Part shown: positions 26,333-34,640 of the stretch, one piece after another
Layout: each line of letters begins with the position of its first letter
How positions within the stretch are numbered: position 1 is the first letter of the stretch
Source: Roseiflexaceae bacterium
Lineage (GTDB): Bacteria > Chloroflexota > Chloroflexia > Chloroflexales > Roseiflexaceae
Length of the DNA: 34,640 bases
Reading direction: 5' to 3'
Assembly: GCA_043752605.1 (NCBI GenBank)
Contig: JAYUYF010000538.1
Span: forward strand, 1 to 34,640
The notes under the pieces: generated by a model
What the model saw: only the letters and a program-made list of their open reading frames with translations
Databases searched by the model: none
What the model was told of the DNA's origin: nothing
Program-made: the position numbers and the translations under genes

Positions 26333-26923
26333 ATGGATATGAACGAAATGCGGGCGCAGGGCACGCGTGATGCACAGGCGGATGTGTTCAACGCATTCTA
26401 TTATGAGCATTATTTTCCCTACCGCCAGGGGTATGATAGTGCGCGGCGCGCGCTCCAGCGCGGGCGCGTGGGGTGGCGCGCCCCGCTGGCGATCGCTGCG
26501 CTGGTGGCTGTCCTGATCGCGATCGGGGCGGTGTGGGCGCTGCGTCGCCCGGCACCTGTGGCGCCGACGATCGCGCTGGCGACGCTCGCACCACGGCCGA
26601 CGTTCGCGCCGCTAGCGACGGCGGTGGTGCCAACGGTGGCTGCGGCCACACCGACAACCGTGCTGGTGGCGACGCCCGGATTGCAAATCGGCGCGCGCGT
26701 GCGGATCGCCAATACGGAAGGCCGTGCGCTGCGCGGCCGCGCCGAACCTGCGCTTGCAGCGCCGGTACGCGTAAGCTTTGCTGCGGATGAGGTGGTCGAG
26801 ATTCGTGGCGGCCCGGTGGCGGCTGATGGCTATGTCTGGTGGCAAATCAGCGGGCGCGGCGGCAGTGCGTGGAGCGCCGAACGCTCGCTGGAAGGGATTG
26901 TATGGCTGCTGCTCGAACCATAG
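26333..26923 (+). CDS. Hypothetical single-pass membrane protein with Ala/Pro/Thr linker and SH3b-like C-terminal domain
   Basis: GGGAGG lies 7 nt upstream of the ATG. TM helix APLAIAALVAVLIAIGAVWAL. C-terminus ARVRIANTEGRALRGRAEP...EVVEIRGGPVAADGYVWWQISGRGGSAWSAE resembles bacterial SH3. Confidence 0.5.
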   Translation: MDMNEMRAQGTRDAQADVFNAFYYEHYFPYRQGYDSARRALQRGRVGWRAPLAIAALVAVLIAIGAVWALRRPAPVAPTIALATLAPRPTFAPLATAVVPTVAAATPTTVLVATPGLQIGARVRIANTEGRALRGRAEPALAAPVRVSFAADEVVEIRGGPVAADGYVWWQISGRGGSAWSAERSLEGIVWLLLEP

Positions 26924-28176
26924 CGGCGATTCCATATACACCGCGGCTCGCACGTCGCCTGACAGCGACGCTGTTTGTCGTCCAGAGTCTGGCATCGGCT
27001 TCGCTGATCGCCAATGCGGCGGTGAATCCGATCATCGGCGCACGGCTCGGTGGCACGGATGCGCTCGCCGGGCTGCCAGGCACGATGCTGTTGCTCGGCG
27101 CAGCCGTTGCCTCGTACCCCGCCGGGCAGTTGATGCAGCGCGTCGGGCGGCGCAATGGTCTGGCACTGGGCTTTGGGCTTGGAGCGCTTGGCATGCTGCT
27201 CGGCGCGCTGGGGATCAACACCCAATCGTTGCTGGTATTCTTGGCCGGGCTGGTGCTGATCGGGTGTGCGCGCGGCGCGACCGACCAGAGCCGCTATGCC
27301 GCCGCCGACGCGGAGACTCCGGCGCGGCGCGGGCGCGCGATCAGTACTGTCGTGTTTGCGGGCACGATCGGTGCGGTGGGTGGCCCGGCGATGGTGGCAC
27401 CGCTGGCCGGGGTCGCCGAGCGGCTGGGATTTGACCCGTACTCGGGGTCGATGGTCGGTGGTGCGCTGCTGTTTGGGATGGCCGCGTTGTTACTGATGGC
27501 GCTGCTGCGCCCGGATCCGCTCGCTATTGCCCGTGGCTTCGCCGCCGCCGCGCCACCGCCTATCGTGCGGGCGATCCCGCAGCACGCGGCCTGGCAGGTG
27601 CTCCTGGCCAATCCTGGCGTGCGCGCGGCGGTGGCGGCGATGACGCTCGGGCAGGCGGTGATGGTGATGGTGATGACGGTCACGTCGCTGCATATGTATC
27701 ACAATCATCACGGGCTAAACGAGGTTTCGCTGGTAATCGCGGCGCATACGTTTGGCATGTTTGGCGTCTCGTTTATCACCGGCGCACTGGCAGCGCGGAT
27801 CGGGCAGCGCGCCACGATTGTGATCGGCTGCGCGCTGCTAGCACTGGGCTGCCTGGCGGCTCCGCTCTCGCCGCAGCTGGTGCCGCTCGCGCTCACACTA
27901 TTTCTTGTTGGTGTTGGTTGGAATCTCTGCTACATCGCGGGGAGTTCGCTGCTCACCGAGACCGTCGCCGCCGAGGAGCGCGGCGCAGCGCAGGGTGCCG
28001 CCGAGGTGGCGGTCAATCTCGCATCGGCGGTCGGCAGCCTTGGCAGCGGGTTTGTCATGGCGGCGCTCGGTTTTGGTGCGCTGTGTATCGGCGGCGCGCT
28101 GATGTGTATTGTGCCAGCACTGCTGGCGGTACGCGGCGTGCGTGGCGCGCTGGCGCTGCCGCGTAGTGGTCAATAA
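26902..28176 (+). CDS. MFS transporter
   Basis: About 12 hydrophobic segments and the loop 2-3 motif GQLMQRVGRRNGL. ATG 26902 has GGAAGGGA upstream and overlaps the previous gene by 22 nt. Confidence 0.8.
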   Translation: MAAARTIAAIPYTPRLARRLTATLFVVQSLASASLIANAAVNPIIGARLGGTDALAGLPGTMLLLGAAVASYPAGQLMQRVGRRNGLALGFGLGALGMLLGALGINTQSLLVFLAGLVLIGCARGATDQSRYAAADAETPARRGRAISTVVFAGTIGAVGGPAMVAPLAGVAERLGFDPYSGSMVGGALLFGMAALLLMALLRPDPLAIARGFAAAAPPPIVRAIPQHAAWQVLLANPGVRAAVAAMTLGQAVMVMVMTVTSLHMYHNHHGLNEVSLVIAAHTFGMFGVSFITGALAARIGQRATIVIGCALLALGCLAAPLSPQLVPLALTLFLVGVGWNLCYIAGSSLLTETVAAEERGAAQGAAEVAVNLASAVGSLGSGFVMAALGFGALCIGGALMCIVPALLAVRGVRGALALPRSGQ

Positions 28177-28191
28177 CCGGCGAACGAGGCG

Positions 28192-28200
28192 TGGTACAAT
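28192..28200 (+). promoter_or_regulatory. Extended -10 element (TGgTACAAT) ending 6 nt before the cyclase ATG, suggesting a possible leaderless transcript
   Basis: TG at 28192-28193, TACAAT at 28195-28200, ATG at 28207. No SD-like sequence lies between them. Confidence 0.35.
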
Positions 28201-28206
28201 CGATCT

Positions 28207-31080
28207 ATGAGTGAACCAGCGCACATTCTTGTCGTCGATGATGATACCGCGATCCGGCGCATGTTCCAGATCCTGCTCACGGGCGTCGGCTATCGGGTAT
28301 CGCTTGCAGGCAGCGGCGAGGAGGCGCTGGCGTTCCTCGATCTGGTCACGCCCGATCTGATCATGCTCGATCTCAACTTGCCGGGGATGAATGGCCGCCA
28401 GATCACCGAGACGATCAAGGCCGATCCGAAACGCCCGTTTGTGCCCATTATCCTTGTGACGGCGCAGGGTGATCAGGGCAGCAAAGTCACCGCGCTCGAT
28501 GCGGGTGCGGATGAGTTCCTGGTCAAGCCGGTCGAGTTCTCCGAGTTGTTGGCGCGCATTCGCGCGATGCTTCGTCTCCAGCGCAGCCAGCGTTTATTGC
28601 GCACCGAGCAACGCAAGAGCGAATTGCTGCTGCATCTGACGCGCGAACTCGGCACGACGTTCGAGCTTGATGGGCTGCTCTCGCGCTTTCTCGATCGGCT
28701 GGCCGATGCGGTTGGCGCGGTGCGAGCAAGTATTATTCTGGTCTCGAATACTCAGCCGCGTCTGTTTTCGAGCACACGTTACCGCGCCACGATCGCGCTC
28801 AGCGATATTTTGCGCGACGGGATCGCTGGCTGGGTACTCCGTGAGCGCACGCCACAGATGATCGCCGAGACCCGCGATGATCCGCGCTGGGTGGCTGTCA
28901 CGCCGCTCCAGCGCGCGGTGCGTAGCGTCGTCGCGGTGCCAGTGCAGCGTGAGGATCGCGTGCTAGGTGTGCTGACGCTCGTGCATCACACGCCCGGCTA
29001 TTTTACCGACGAACACCTCGATCTGGTGACCTCGGTGGCGGCACAATGCGCGGTCGCGCTTGATCAGGCCGAGCTGTTTCAGCTGACGCAAGCGCAGAAG
29101 GTGCTGATCGAGCGGCGCGCTGAAGAGCTGCAGCGCATCAATCAGCTCAGCCGCTTGCTCACCGAATTGATGCCGCCCGATCACCTGATGCGGCTGGTGG
29201 CGCATCTGATCCACTATACCTTTGGGTATCCACACGTTGGCCTGCTGACGCGCGAAGGTGACCAGCTCGAAGTACGTGCGACGGCAGGCGATCTGGTGGG
29301 TGCCGAGCAGATCGGCGAACGCCTGCCCGCCGATGCGGGTGTGCTGGGCTGGGCGATCAGCAATCGTGCGGCGGTGTGTGTGCGCGATCTGCAATACGAT
29401 GCGCGTTCGCAACGCACGGCCGACGATCCGGTTCGGGCGCAGCTCACCGTGCCGATTGTGACATCACGATCGATTTATGGTGTGATCGATCTGCTCAGCC
29501 ATCAGCCAGGTGCGTTCGAAGAGAATGATGTGCAGTTGATTACGACGCTCGCGGGGCAACTCAGTATCGCGCTCGAAAACGCGCGCCTGTTTGATGAGGA
29601 GCAGCAACGCGTTGGTCAATTGACCCACGTCAACAATCTGTCGATCGCGATCACCGCGCAACTCGACCCGACCGAGAATGTGCGTATCGCGGCAGAAGCG
29701 ATGGCGACGATCTTCCGGGTCTCGCGTAGCGGTGTGCTGGCCGATGCCAATGCCGGTATTACGTGCGTCGGGGCTCCCGATACATTTGTGGCGTTGCTGC
29801 CCGGTATGATGCGGCTGCTCGATGGTTCGGCGGCCGCTGTCGTGCTCGAAGCCGCCGACCAACCCGCCCGTCACGCAGATATATGGCAGGTGCTGGTGGC
29901 GAACGGTGTCGAGGCGGTGGCGCTCGCGCCACTGATTACGGGTGGGCGCAGCGTTGGCTTGATGGCGCTCGATGTCAGCGGCCGCAGCGCGTCGTTTCGC
30001 CAGCATGATCTGCCGCTGTTTGAGACGGTGGTCGGCATTATTGGTCAAGCACTCGAAAATGCGCGGCTGTACCGGGCGGTCGAGCAGGAACGCGGGACAC
30101 TCAACGCGGTACTCTCGGGTGCGGCCGATCCGATCCTGTTGATCGACCCGCAATTGCAGCTGCTGCTCGCCAATCGTGCTGCGCGCGAGCGGTTGCACAT
30201 CAATGATGGTGATCTACCGCTCACCGAGCCACAGCAATTGATTGCGATGCTCAACAGTGGTGCGGATACCGGTGAGATTGAGCTGCCCGACGGGGGAATT
30301 TTCACCGTACGCACCGCTCCCGTGCGCAGCGCCGATGATGCACTGCTCGGCCGGGTCGCGGTGTTGCAGGATATATCGGCGATCCGCGAGCTCGAACGCC
30401 GCGAACAGGAGCGGCTGCGCAGCGTCTTTCGCCGCTACCTCTCGCCGCAGGTCGTCGAGGAAGTGCTGGCCGGTGGCGCGACGCTTGGTGAACCCGCCGA
30501 GCACGAGGTTGTCGTCTTGTTTACCGATCTGCGTGGCTACACCTCGCTCGCCGAAGGCCTCAGCCCGCGCATCCTGGTTGATCAGGTGCTCAATCGCTAC
30601 TTTACCGCGATGACCACCGTACTGCATCAGTATGATGGCACGGTCGATAAATTTCTCGGCGATGGTGTGATCGGGTTGTTTGGCGTCCCGATCCGGCGCG
30701 CCGACGATATCGCCCGTGCGATCGCTGCGTCGGTCGATCTGCAACTGGCGGTGGCGCAATTGCGCACGACCTGGCAGCGCGATCTCGACCGTGATATTGG
30801 CATGGGGATCGGGATTAGCTATGGTCGCGCGATCGTCGGTAACATCGGCTCCGAGCAGCGGATGGATTACACCGTGATCGGCGATGTGGTCAATACAGCC
30901 AGCCGCCTGAACGGCCTGGCGATGGCCGGGCAGATTATGGTCTCGCACAGTCTGGTCGATGCGCTGCTCCCCGGCCAGACCACCGCGCATCAGCTGCGTT
31001 CGGTGGGTAACTTCACGCTCAAAGGAAAACACGAGCCACACCTGGTGTACGAAGTCGTGTACAGCGTACCAGATCGATGA
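28207..31080 (+). CDS. Multidomain signalling protein: receiver (REC), tandem GAF domains, PAS-like region, class III adenylate/guanylate cyclase
   Basis: REC: ILVVDDDTAIR, IMLDLNLPGMNG, ILVTAQGD, EFLVKP. GAF-like blocks (e.g. RVLGVLTLVHHTPGYFTDEHL, IYGVIDLLSHQPGAFEENDVQL, SVGLMALDVS). Cyclase: VVVLFTDLRGYTSLAE, KFLGDGVIGLFGVP, GIGISYGRAIVGNIGSEQRMDYTVIGDVVNTASRL. Confidence 0.85.
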   Translation: MSEPAHILVVDDDTAIRRMFQILLTGVGYRVSLAGSGEEALAFLDLVTPDLIMLDLNLPGMNGRQITETIKADPKRPFVPIILVTAQGDQGSKVTALDAGADEFLVKPVEFSELLARIRAMLRLQRSQRLLRTEQRKSELLLHLTRELGTTFELDGLLSRFLDRLADAVGAVRASIILVSNTQPRLFSSTRYRATIALSDILRDGIAGWVLRERTPQMIAETRDDPRWVAVTPLQRAVRSVVAVPVQREDRVLGVLTLVHHTPGYFTDEHLDLVTSVAAQCAVALDQAELFQLTQAQKVLIERRAEELQRINQLSRLLTELMPPDHLMRLVAHLIHYTFGYPHVGLLTREGDQLEVRATAGDLVGAEQIGERLPADAGVLGWAISNRAAVCVRDLQYDARSQRTADDPVRAQLTVPIVTSRSIYGVIDLLSHQPGAFEENDVQLITTLAGQLSIALENARLFDEEQQRVGQLTHVNNLSIAITAQLDPTENVRIAAEAMATIFRVSRSGVLADANAGITCVGAPDTFVALLPGMMRLLDGSAAAVVLEAADQPARHADIWQVLVANGVEAVALAPLITGGRSVGLMALDVSGRSASFRQHDLPLFETVVGIIGQALENARLYRAVEQERGTLNAVLSGAADPILLIDPQLQLLLANRAARERLHINDGDLPLTEPQQLIAMLNSGADTGEIELPDGGIFTVRTAPVRSADDALLGRVAVLQDISAIRELERREQERLRSVFRRYLSPQVVEEVLAGGATLGEPAEHEVVVLFTDLRGYTSLAEGLSPRILVDQVLNRYFTAMTTVLHQYDGTVDKFLGDGVIGLFGVPIRRADDIARAIAASVDLQLAVAQLRTTWQRDLDRDIGMGIGISYGRAIVGNIGSEQRMDYTVIGDVVNTASRLNGLAMAGQIMVSHSLVDALLPGQTTAHQLRSVGNFTLKGKHEPHLVYEVVYSVPDR

Positions 31081-31793
31081 GCCGCAGCGCGCCACTGTTG
31101 TTGCTCGTCGATGACGAACGCGTGATTGCCGCGAACCTTGGCGCATTTCTCGAGCGGCTCGGGTTTGCGGTGTTGCTGGCCGAAGATGGTCGCGTCGCGG
31201 TCGAGTTGGTGCGCGCGCACGCGCCCGATCTTGTCGTGCTCGATGTGATGATGCCACGTTGCGATGGGCGTGCCGCGCTGCGTGAGTTGCGCCAGAGCGG
31301 CGACTGGACGCCGGTAATTCTTCTTACACAGGTGGGCAATTCGACCGAACGTGCGCTGGCGATTGAGGAGGGTGCTGACGACTATCTCAACAAGCCGTTT
31401 GATCCATACGAGCTCGTGGCGCGCATTCGCGCGTTGCTGCGCCGCGCTAGCCCCGGCAAATCACCACTCGCGGTCGCACAGCGGCTACGATGTGGTTCAC
31501 TGGTGACCGATCGGAGCGCTCGGCGTGCGTGGCTCGCTGGCAAAGAACTTGCGCTCACGCCCAAAGCCTTTGCCCTGCTCGATTACCTGATGACCCACCC
31601 GGACGAGTTGTTGAGCCGCGAACGCTTGCTCGATGCCGTCTGGGGCTGGGAACATCCTTCGGGCACACGCGCGGTCGATGCACGTATTGCCGAATTACGG
31701 CGCGCGCTCGCCGAAGATGCCACGCAGCCGCAATTTATCGAGACGCTCGCTGGCCAGGGGTATCGGTTCGCTGCTGCGGTGGAGCGCGCCTGA
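31077..31793 (+). CDS. OmpR-family response regulator
   Basis: LLLVDDERV, LVVLDVMMPRCDG, VILLTQVG, DDYLNKPF, then LTPKAFALLDYLMTHPDELLSRERL...LAGQGYRF. ATGA overlap with the cyclase stop. Confidence 0.9.
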   Translation: MSRSAPLLLLVDDERVIAANLGAFLERLGFAVLLAEDGRVAVELVRAHAPDLVVLDVMMPRCDGRAALRELRQSGDWTPVILLTQVGNSTERALAIEEGADDYLNKPFDPYELVARIRALLRRASPGKSPLAVAQRLRCGSLVTDRSARRAWLAGKELALTPKAFALLDYLMTHPDELLSRERLLDAVWGWEHPSGTRAVDARIAELRRALAEDATQPQFIETLAGQGYRFAAAVERA

Positions 31794-32695
31794 TGCGTTG
31801 GGCGCTGGTTGTGGCGTTACCACTCGTGGTGGCTCTGGCGCTGCTCGCGCTGTTGGTGCTCACCGCGAGCGCCGAACGGGTGGTGTTGGTGCGGGTTGGT
31901 ATTGGGTTGGGCGTGGCGCTGCTGGGCATCGTGCTGTCGCTGGCGTGCGGCGTGGCAGTCGTCGTGCGGGCGCGGGCGCGGCGCATGATGCAGGCCGCGC
32001 ACGATGCGGTCGTCGCCCATGCGGCTGTCGATCGGCGGCGCTTCTTACAACGTCTTGACCACGAACTCAAAAATCCGCTGATGGCCATCCGCGCCGGGCT
32101 GGTGGGTTCGAACGAATGGTCGCCTGCGGCGACGGTGCAGATCGAGGCACAGGTCGAACGGATTTCGCGGCTGGGAGCCGATCTGCGTAAGCTCGCCGAG
32201 CTCGAGACCTGCCCGCTCGAATGGACCAGGGTCGATATGATGGCTTTGCTCGGCGAACTCGAACAACTTGCTGTCGAACACCCACATGCTGCAGGGCGCC
32301 AGCTCAAGTTCACGCTGCCACAGGTTCCGTGGTCACTGCCTGCCCTGCGTGCCGATGCCGATCTGCTCTTGCTCGCGTTCTACAATCTCGTCGACAATGC
32401 GCTGAAGTATACGCGTCCGGGCGATATTATTGAGGTTCGCGCGCTTGAAACCGGGCGCGAGGTGCTCATCGAAGTGGCCGATACTGGCCCCGGGATCGCC
32501 GAAGCCGACAGCGCGCACGTCTGGGAGGATTTGTATCGTGCGCCCGCAACCCAGGCGGTGGCTGGCAGTGGTCTCGGGTTGCCGCTGGTGCGTGCGATCA
32601 TCGCGCGCCACGGTGGCCAGTGTACATTGCGCAGCCGCATCGACCAGGGCACGATTGTGAGTGTTCGCCTGCCGATTACCCAGGGTGCGCTGTGA
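31793..32695 (+). CDS. Sensor histidine kinase, intramembrane-sensing type (two TM helices, minimal loop)
   Basis: ATG 31793 overlaps the regulator's stop (TGATG). MRWALVVALPLVVALALLALLVL - 8 aa - VVLVRVGIGLGVALLGIVLSLACGVAVVV, H-box FLQRLDHELKNPLMAI, N-box NLVDNALKYT, G-boxes DTGPGI and GSGLGLPLV. Confidence 0.85.
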   Translation: MRWALVVALPLVVALALLALLVLTASAERVVLVRVGIGLGVALLGIVLSLACGVAVVVRARARRMMQAAHDAVVAHAAVDRRRFLQRLDHELKNPLMAIRAGLVGSNEWSPAATVQIEAQVERISRLGADLRKLAELETCPLEWTRVDMMALLGELEQLAVEHPHAAGRQLKFTLPQVPWSLPALRADADLLLLAFYNLVDNALKYTRPGDIIEVRALETGREVLIEVADTGPGIAEADSAHVWEDLYRAPATQAVAGSGLGLPLVRAIIARHGGQCTLRSRIDQGTIVSVRLPITQGAL

Positions 32696-34083
32696 TGCGT
32701 CGCGCAGCCTGGCTGTTGCTCGTCGCGCTCGTGTTGGTGCGGTGCGGCACATTGTCGGTGGCGCTCGAGCAGCCCCCGACGCCCGACCCGCGCATCGATG
32801 CGCTGGCCACCCGCGTCGCCGCGCTTGAATCGCAGGTCTCCCCGCTGCCTGAACCCACCAGCGTACCGCCCGATACCTCGTGGGGCTCGCTGGCATATGT
32901 ACAGGGCGGCGATATCTGGGTACGCGCGCTACCCGAAGGTGAGGAGCAGCGTCTCACGACCGATGGCCGTAATCGCGCGCCACGCTGGTCGCCATCGGGC
33001 GCGTGGATCGCCTTCACAAAAGACGATGATGTCTGGTTGATGCGCGCCGACGCGACCAGTGCGCGCCGGGTGCCGGATAGCTTTGGCGCGTCCTGGTCGC
33101 CCACCGCAGATCGTCTCGCGTATCTCTCGCGCACGCAGTCGGGTGCCTGGCTGATCGAAGCCGAGGCACTGGGCAACACCGGGAGTAGTGGACGAGGGCG
33201 TGTCGTATTTGTCGATCAGCCAGGTGCTGTGGCTGGCGGCGAGATCGACCAGGTACTCTGGCGTCCAGACGGTGGTGCGATCGCCCTGACCGTTCAGCGT
33301 TGGCAGCCAGACCTCTCGACGGGTAGTGATGAGTATTCGTCGAGCTATAATGGCATCTGGACCATCGTCATTGATGATGAGCCACAGGCCGCTGAGCGGT
33401 TTGCCGCCGACCAGCCGACTGATCAGGGCTTGTTGCTTGCGGACTGGACGCCAGACACGGAAGGGCTGTTGTTCTGGTATGCCGCCGATCTGGATACCGA
33501 CGCGGCGAAGCCGACGTTGCGGTTGCTCACGTTCGCCGATGGTGCCACCCGCGCTGTCGCCGATGTCGCCTTTGAGAGCCCCGCAATGCGCAGCATAGCA
33601 CGTACGACGGTGGTCGTTACATCCGGGGCGCGCCGCTCGCTCTGGGAAGCGCAACAATTACGGCTGGTGGATCCGTATAGTGATCAAGCGTCACTGCTCA
33701 CCGACGATCAGACGATTGCGTTTGCGCCGCGCTGTAGCCCCGATGGTGCGAGCATCGCGTATGTTGCTCAGCCACGCGATGCTGATTTTGGTCAGCGCCG
33801 GATTTGGATTTCGACCCTGACTGACCCGCCACAGGTGCGCCAACTCACCAACGACCCGGCATTTCGCGATGAACACCCGCGCTGGTCGGCTGATGCTAGC
33901 GTGCTCATGTTTGCGCGGCTCACGCCCGAGGGGCGCGCATCAATCTGGATGATTGGCGCGGATGGTGGCCAGCCATGGGAAATAATCGATGAGCTCACAC
34001 CTGCACCAAATTGGAATGGCGACGCCGGGCTGATCGCCTGGGACGAGCTGCTGGACTGGTGGGTCGGCCCGCCGGGCGAGTGA
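32695..34083 (+). CDS. Secreted or anchored TolB-like (PD40/WD40-like) beta-propeller protein
   Basis: ATG 32695 overlaps the kinase stop (TGATG). Signal/anchor MRRAAWLLLVALVLV. Repeated PD40-like motifs: APRWSPSGAWIAF, GASWSPTADRLAYLS, FAPRCSPDGASIAYVA, DEHPRWSADASVLMFAR. Confidence 0.7.
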   Translation: MRRAAWLLLVALVLVRCGTLSVALEQPPTPDPRIDALATRVAALESQVSPLPEPTSVPPDTSWGSLAYVQGGDIWVRALPEGEEQRLTTDGRNRAPRWSPSGAWIAFTKDDDVWLMRADATSARRVPDSFGASWSPTADRLAYLSRTQSGAWLIEAEALGNTGSSGRGRVVFVDQPGAVAGGEIDQVLWRPDGGAIALTVQRWQPDLSTGSDEYSSSYNGIWTIVIDDEPQAAERFAADQPTDQGLLLADWTPDTEGLLFWYAADLDTDAAKPTLRLLTFADGATRAVADVAFESPAMRSIARTTVVVTSGARRSLWEAQQLRLVDPYSDQASLLTDDQTIAFAPRCSPDGASIAYVAQPRDADFGQRRIWISTLTDPPQVRQLTNDPAFRDEHPRWSADASVLMFARLTPEGRASIWMIGADGGQPWEIIDELTPAPNWNGDAGLIAWDELLDWWVGPPGE

Positions 34084-34211
34084 CCCGCCGCTACCAGCTG
34101 CGCCTGTAACGATGCTGTTACACACGCCACCCATCCTGTTACCACGCTGCACAACCGGTGCAACAGCCGCAGGGTATCCTCAATGCAGGTCGAACACTGC
34201 GGAGGTACCCG

Positions 34212-34640
34212 ATGCCCTACACCCGACGCGCGTTCCTGCGCCATACCCTGCTCAGCGGCGGCGCGCTGGCCACCGCCGCCTGCACCATGGATCAACGCCC
34301 CAACAAGGCGGCTCACCCTGGCCCCGACGGAATAGCTAGCTCCACTACGGCCACCGATGCTCTACGACGTGGCGGCACCTTCGCCTGGCTCCAGCGCGCC
34401 AGTTACGGCGTGCGCTCACAAGACCTGGAGCGATTGGAATCGATCGGGCTCGCGGCGTATCTCGACGAGCAACTGACCCCAGCAGGTGCGGATCCCGATC
34501 TCGACGCGCGGCTGGCCGCGCTGCTGCTGCCGATCCAATATGAAGCCGAGGGCCGGTACCCCGCCACCGATGAGCGCCGCCCGCTGGCGTATCTCGGTGC
34601 ACCGCTCAGCACGCTCTGGCCGCTGAGCCGCGAGGACGAA
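34212..34640 (+). CDS. DUF1800-family protein with Tat signal/lipobox, 3' partial
   Basis: Not in the ORF track because it runs off the window. GGAGG lies 6 nt before ATG 34212. MPYTRRAFLRHTLLSGGALATAAC (twin-Arg plus AAC lipobox), then LQRASYGVRSQDLERLESIGLAAYLDEQLTP, which matches the DUF1800 N-terminal pattern as I remember it. Confidence 0.6.
   Translation, partial: MPYTRRAFLRHTLLSGGALATAACTMDQRPNKAAHPGPDGIASSTTATDALRRGGTFAWLQRASYGVRSQDLERLESIGLAAYLDEQLTPAGADPDLDARLAALLLPIQYEAEGRYPATDERRPLAYLGAPLSTLWPLSREDE

Noticed and set aside
29464-31257. 244-aa and 347-aa minus-strand ORFs inside the cyclase/regulator genes
   Set aside because: They are antisense to well-supported domain-containing genes, have Arg-rich composition and show no RBS.
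1-34640. Search by eye for tRNA, rRNA, tmRNA, CRISPR, transposase/integrase, toxin-antitoxin pairs and prophage genes
   Set aside because: No cloverleaf-capable intergenic segment, rRNA-like stretch, multi-copy spaced repeat or recombinase motif was found. Intergenic spacers are short and are explained by promoters and terminators. A covariance-model scan (tRNAscan/Infernal) would be needed for certainty.

Overview
High-GC bacterial chromosomal segment, dense and mostly housekeeping. Gene content, consensus-like extended -10 promoters and GC-rich palindromic repeats resemble Chloroflexota, but that assignment is a low-confidence inference. About 34 protein-coding genes are supported. Left to right: (1) the end of a Tad/Flp pilus locus: tadC (5' partial), two TadE-type pseudopilins with G/xxxxEF processing motifs (one carries a ~240-aa Pro/Thr array and a C-terminal beta domain), and a TadG-like protein. 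(2) prfB with its CTT TGA C +1 frameshift, a NurA-like nuclease, nadK, an alkaline-phosphatase-superfamily metalloenzyme, rpsA behind a consensus promoter and ~250-nt leader, and a short-type gnd. (3) A minus-strand proteostasis block, tig-clpP-clpX then OmpR-type regulator-clpS-gnd, with overlapping stop/start codons. (4) A dual-specificity phosphatase and an ornithine cyclodeaminase-family gene. (5) A photolyase cluster: Fe-S (6-4)-type photolyase-like gene, DUF2256 zinc ribbon, and a paralogue with only the FAD-binding domain, with tandem palindromic repeats between genes. (6) An AT-richer (by eye) two-gene module: an intact ABC/SMC-like ATPase overlapping by 1 nt a small Toprim-like gene that carries a frameshift and an in-frame stop. 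I read this as a decaying split-OLD/PARIS/AbiL-like defence candidate. (7) A membrane EEP nuclease/phosphatase and a D-amino-acid-oxidase-like gene overlapping (ATGA) a dCTP deaminase interrupted by a 378-codon HNH-type intein. (8) SCP2, a membrane SH3-like protein and an MFS transporter. (9) A four-gene translationally coupled signalling operon (REC-GAF-PAS-adenylate cyclase, OmpR regulator, intramembrane-type histidine kinase, TolB-like beta-propeller), then a 3'-partial DUF1800 gene. No rRNA, tRNA, CRISPR array, transposase or integrase was seen. The most noteworthy items are the dcd intein and the decayed ATPase/Toprim pair. I cannot show from sequence alone that either is a new system. 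All homology calls come from motif recognition by eye, with no searches run.
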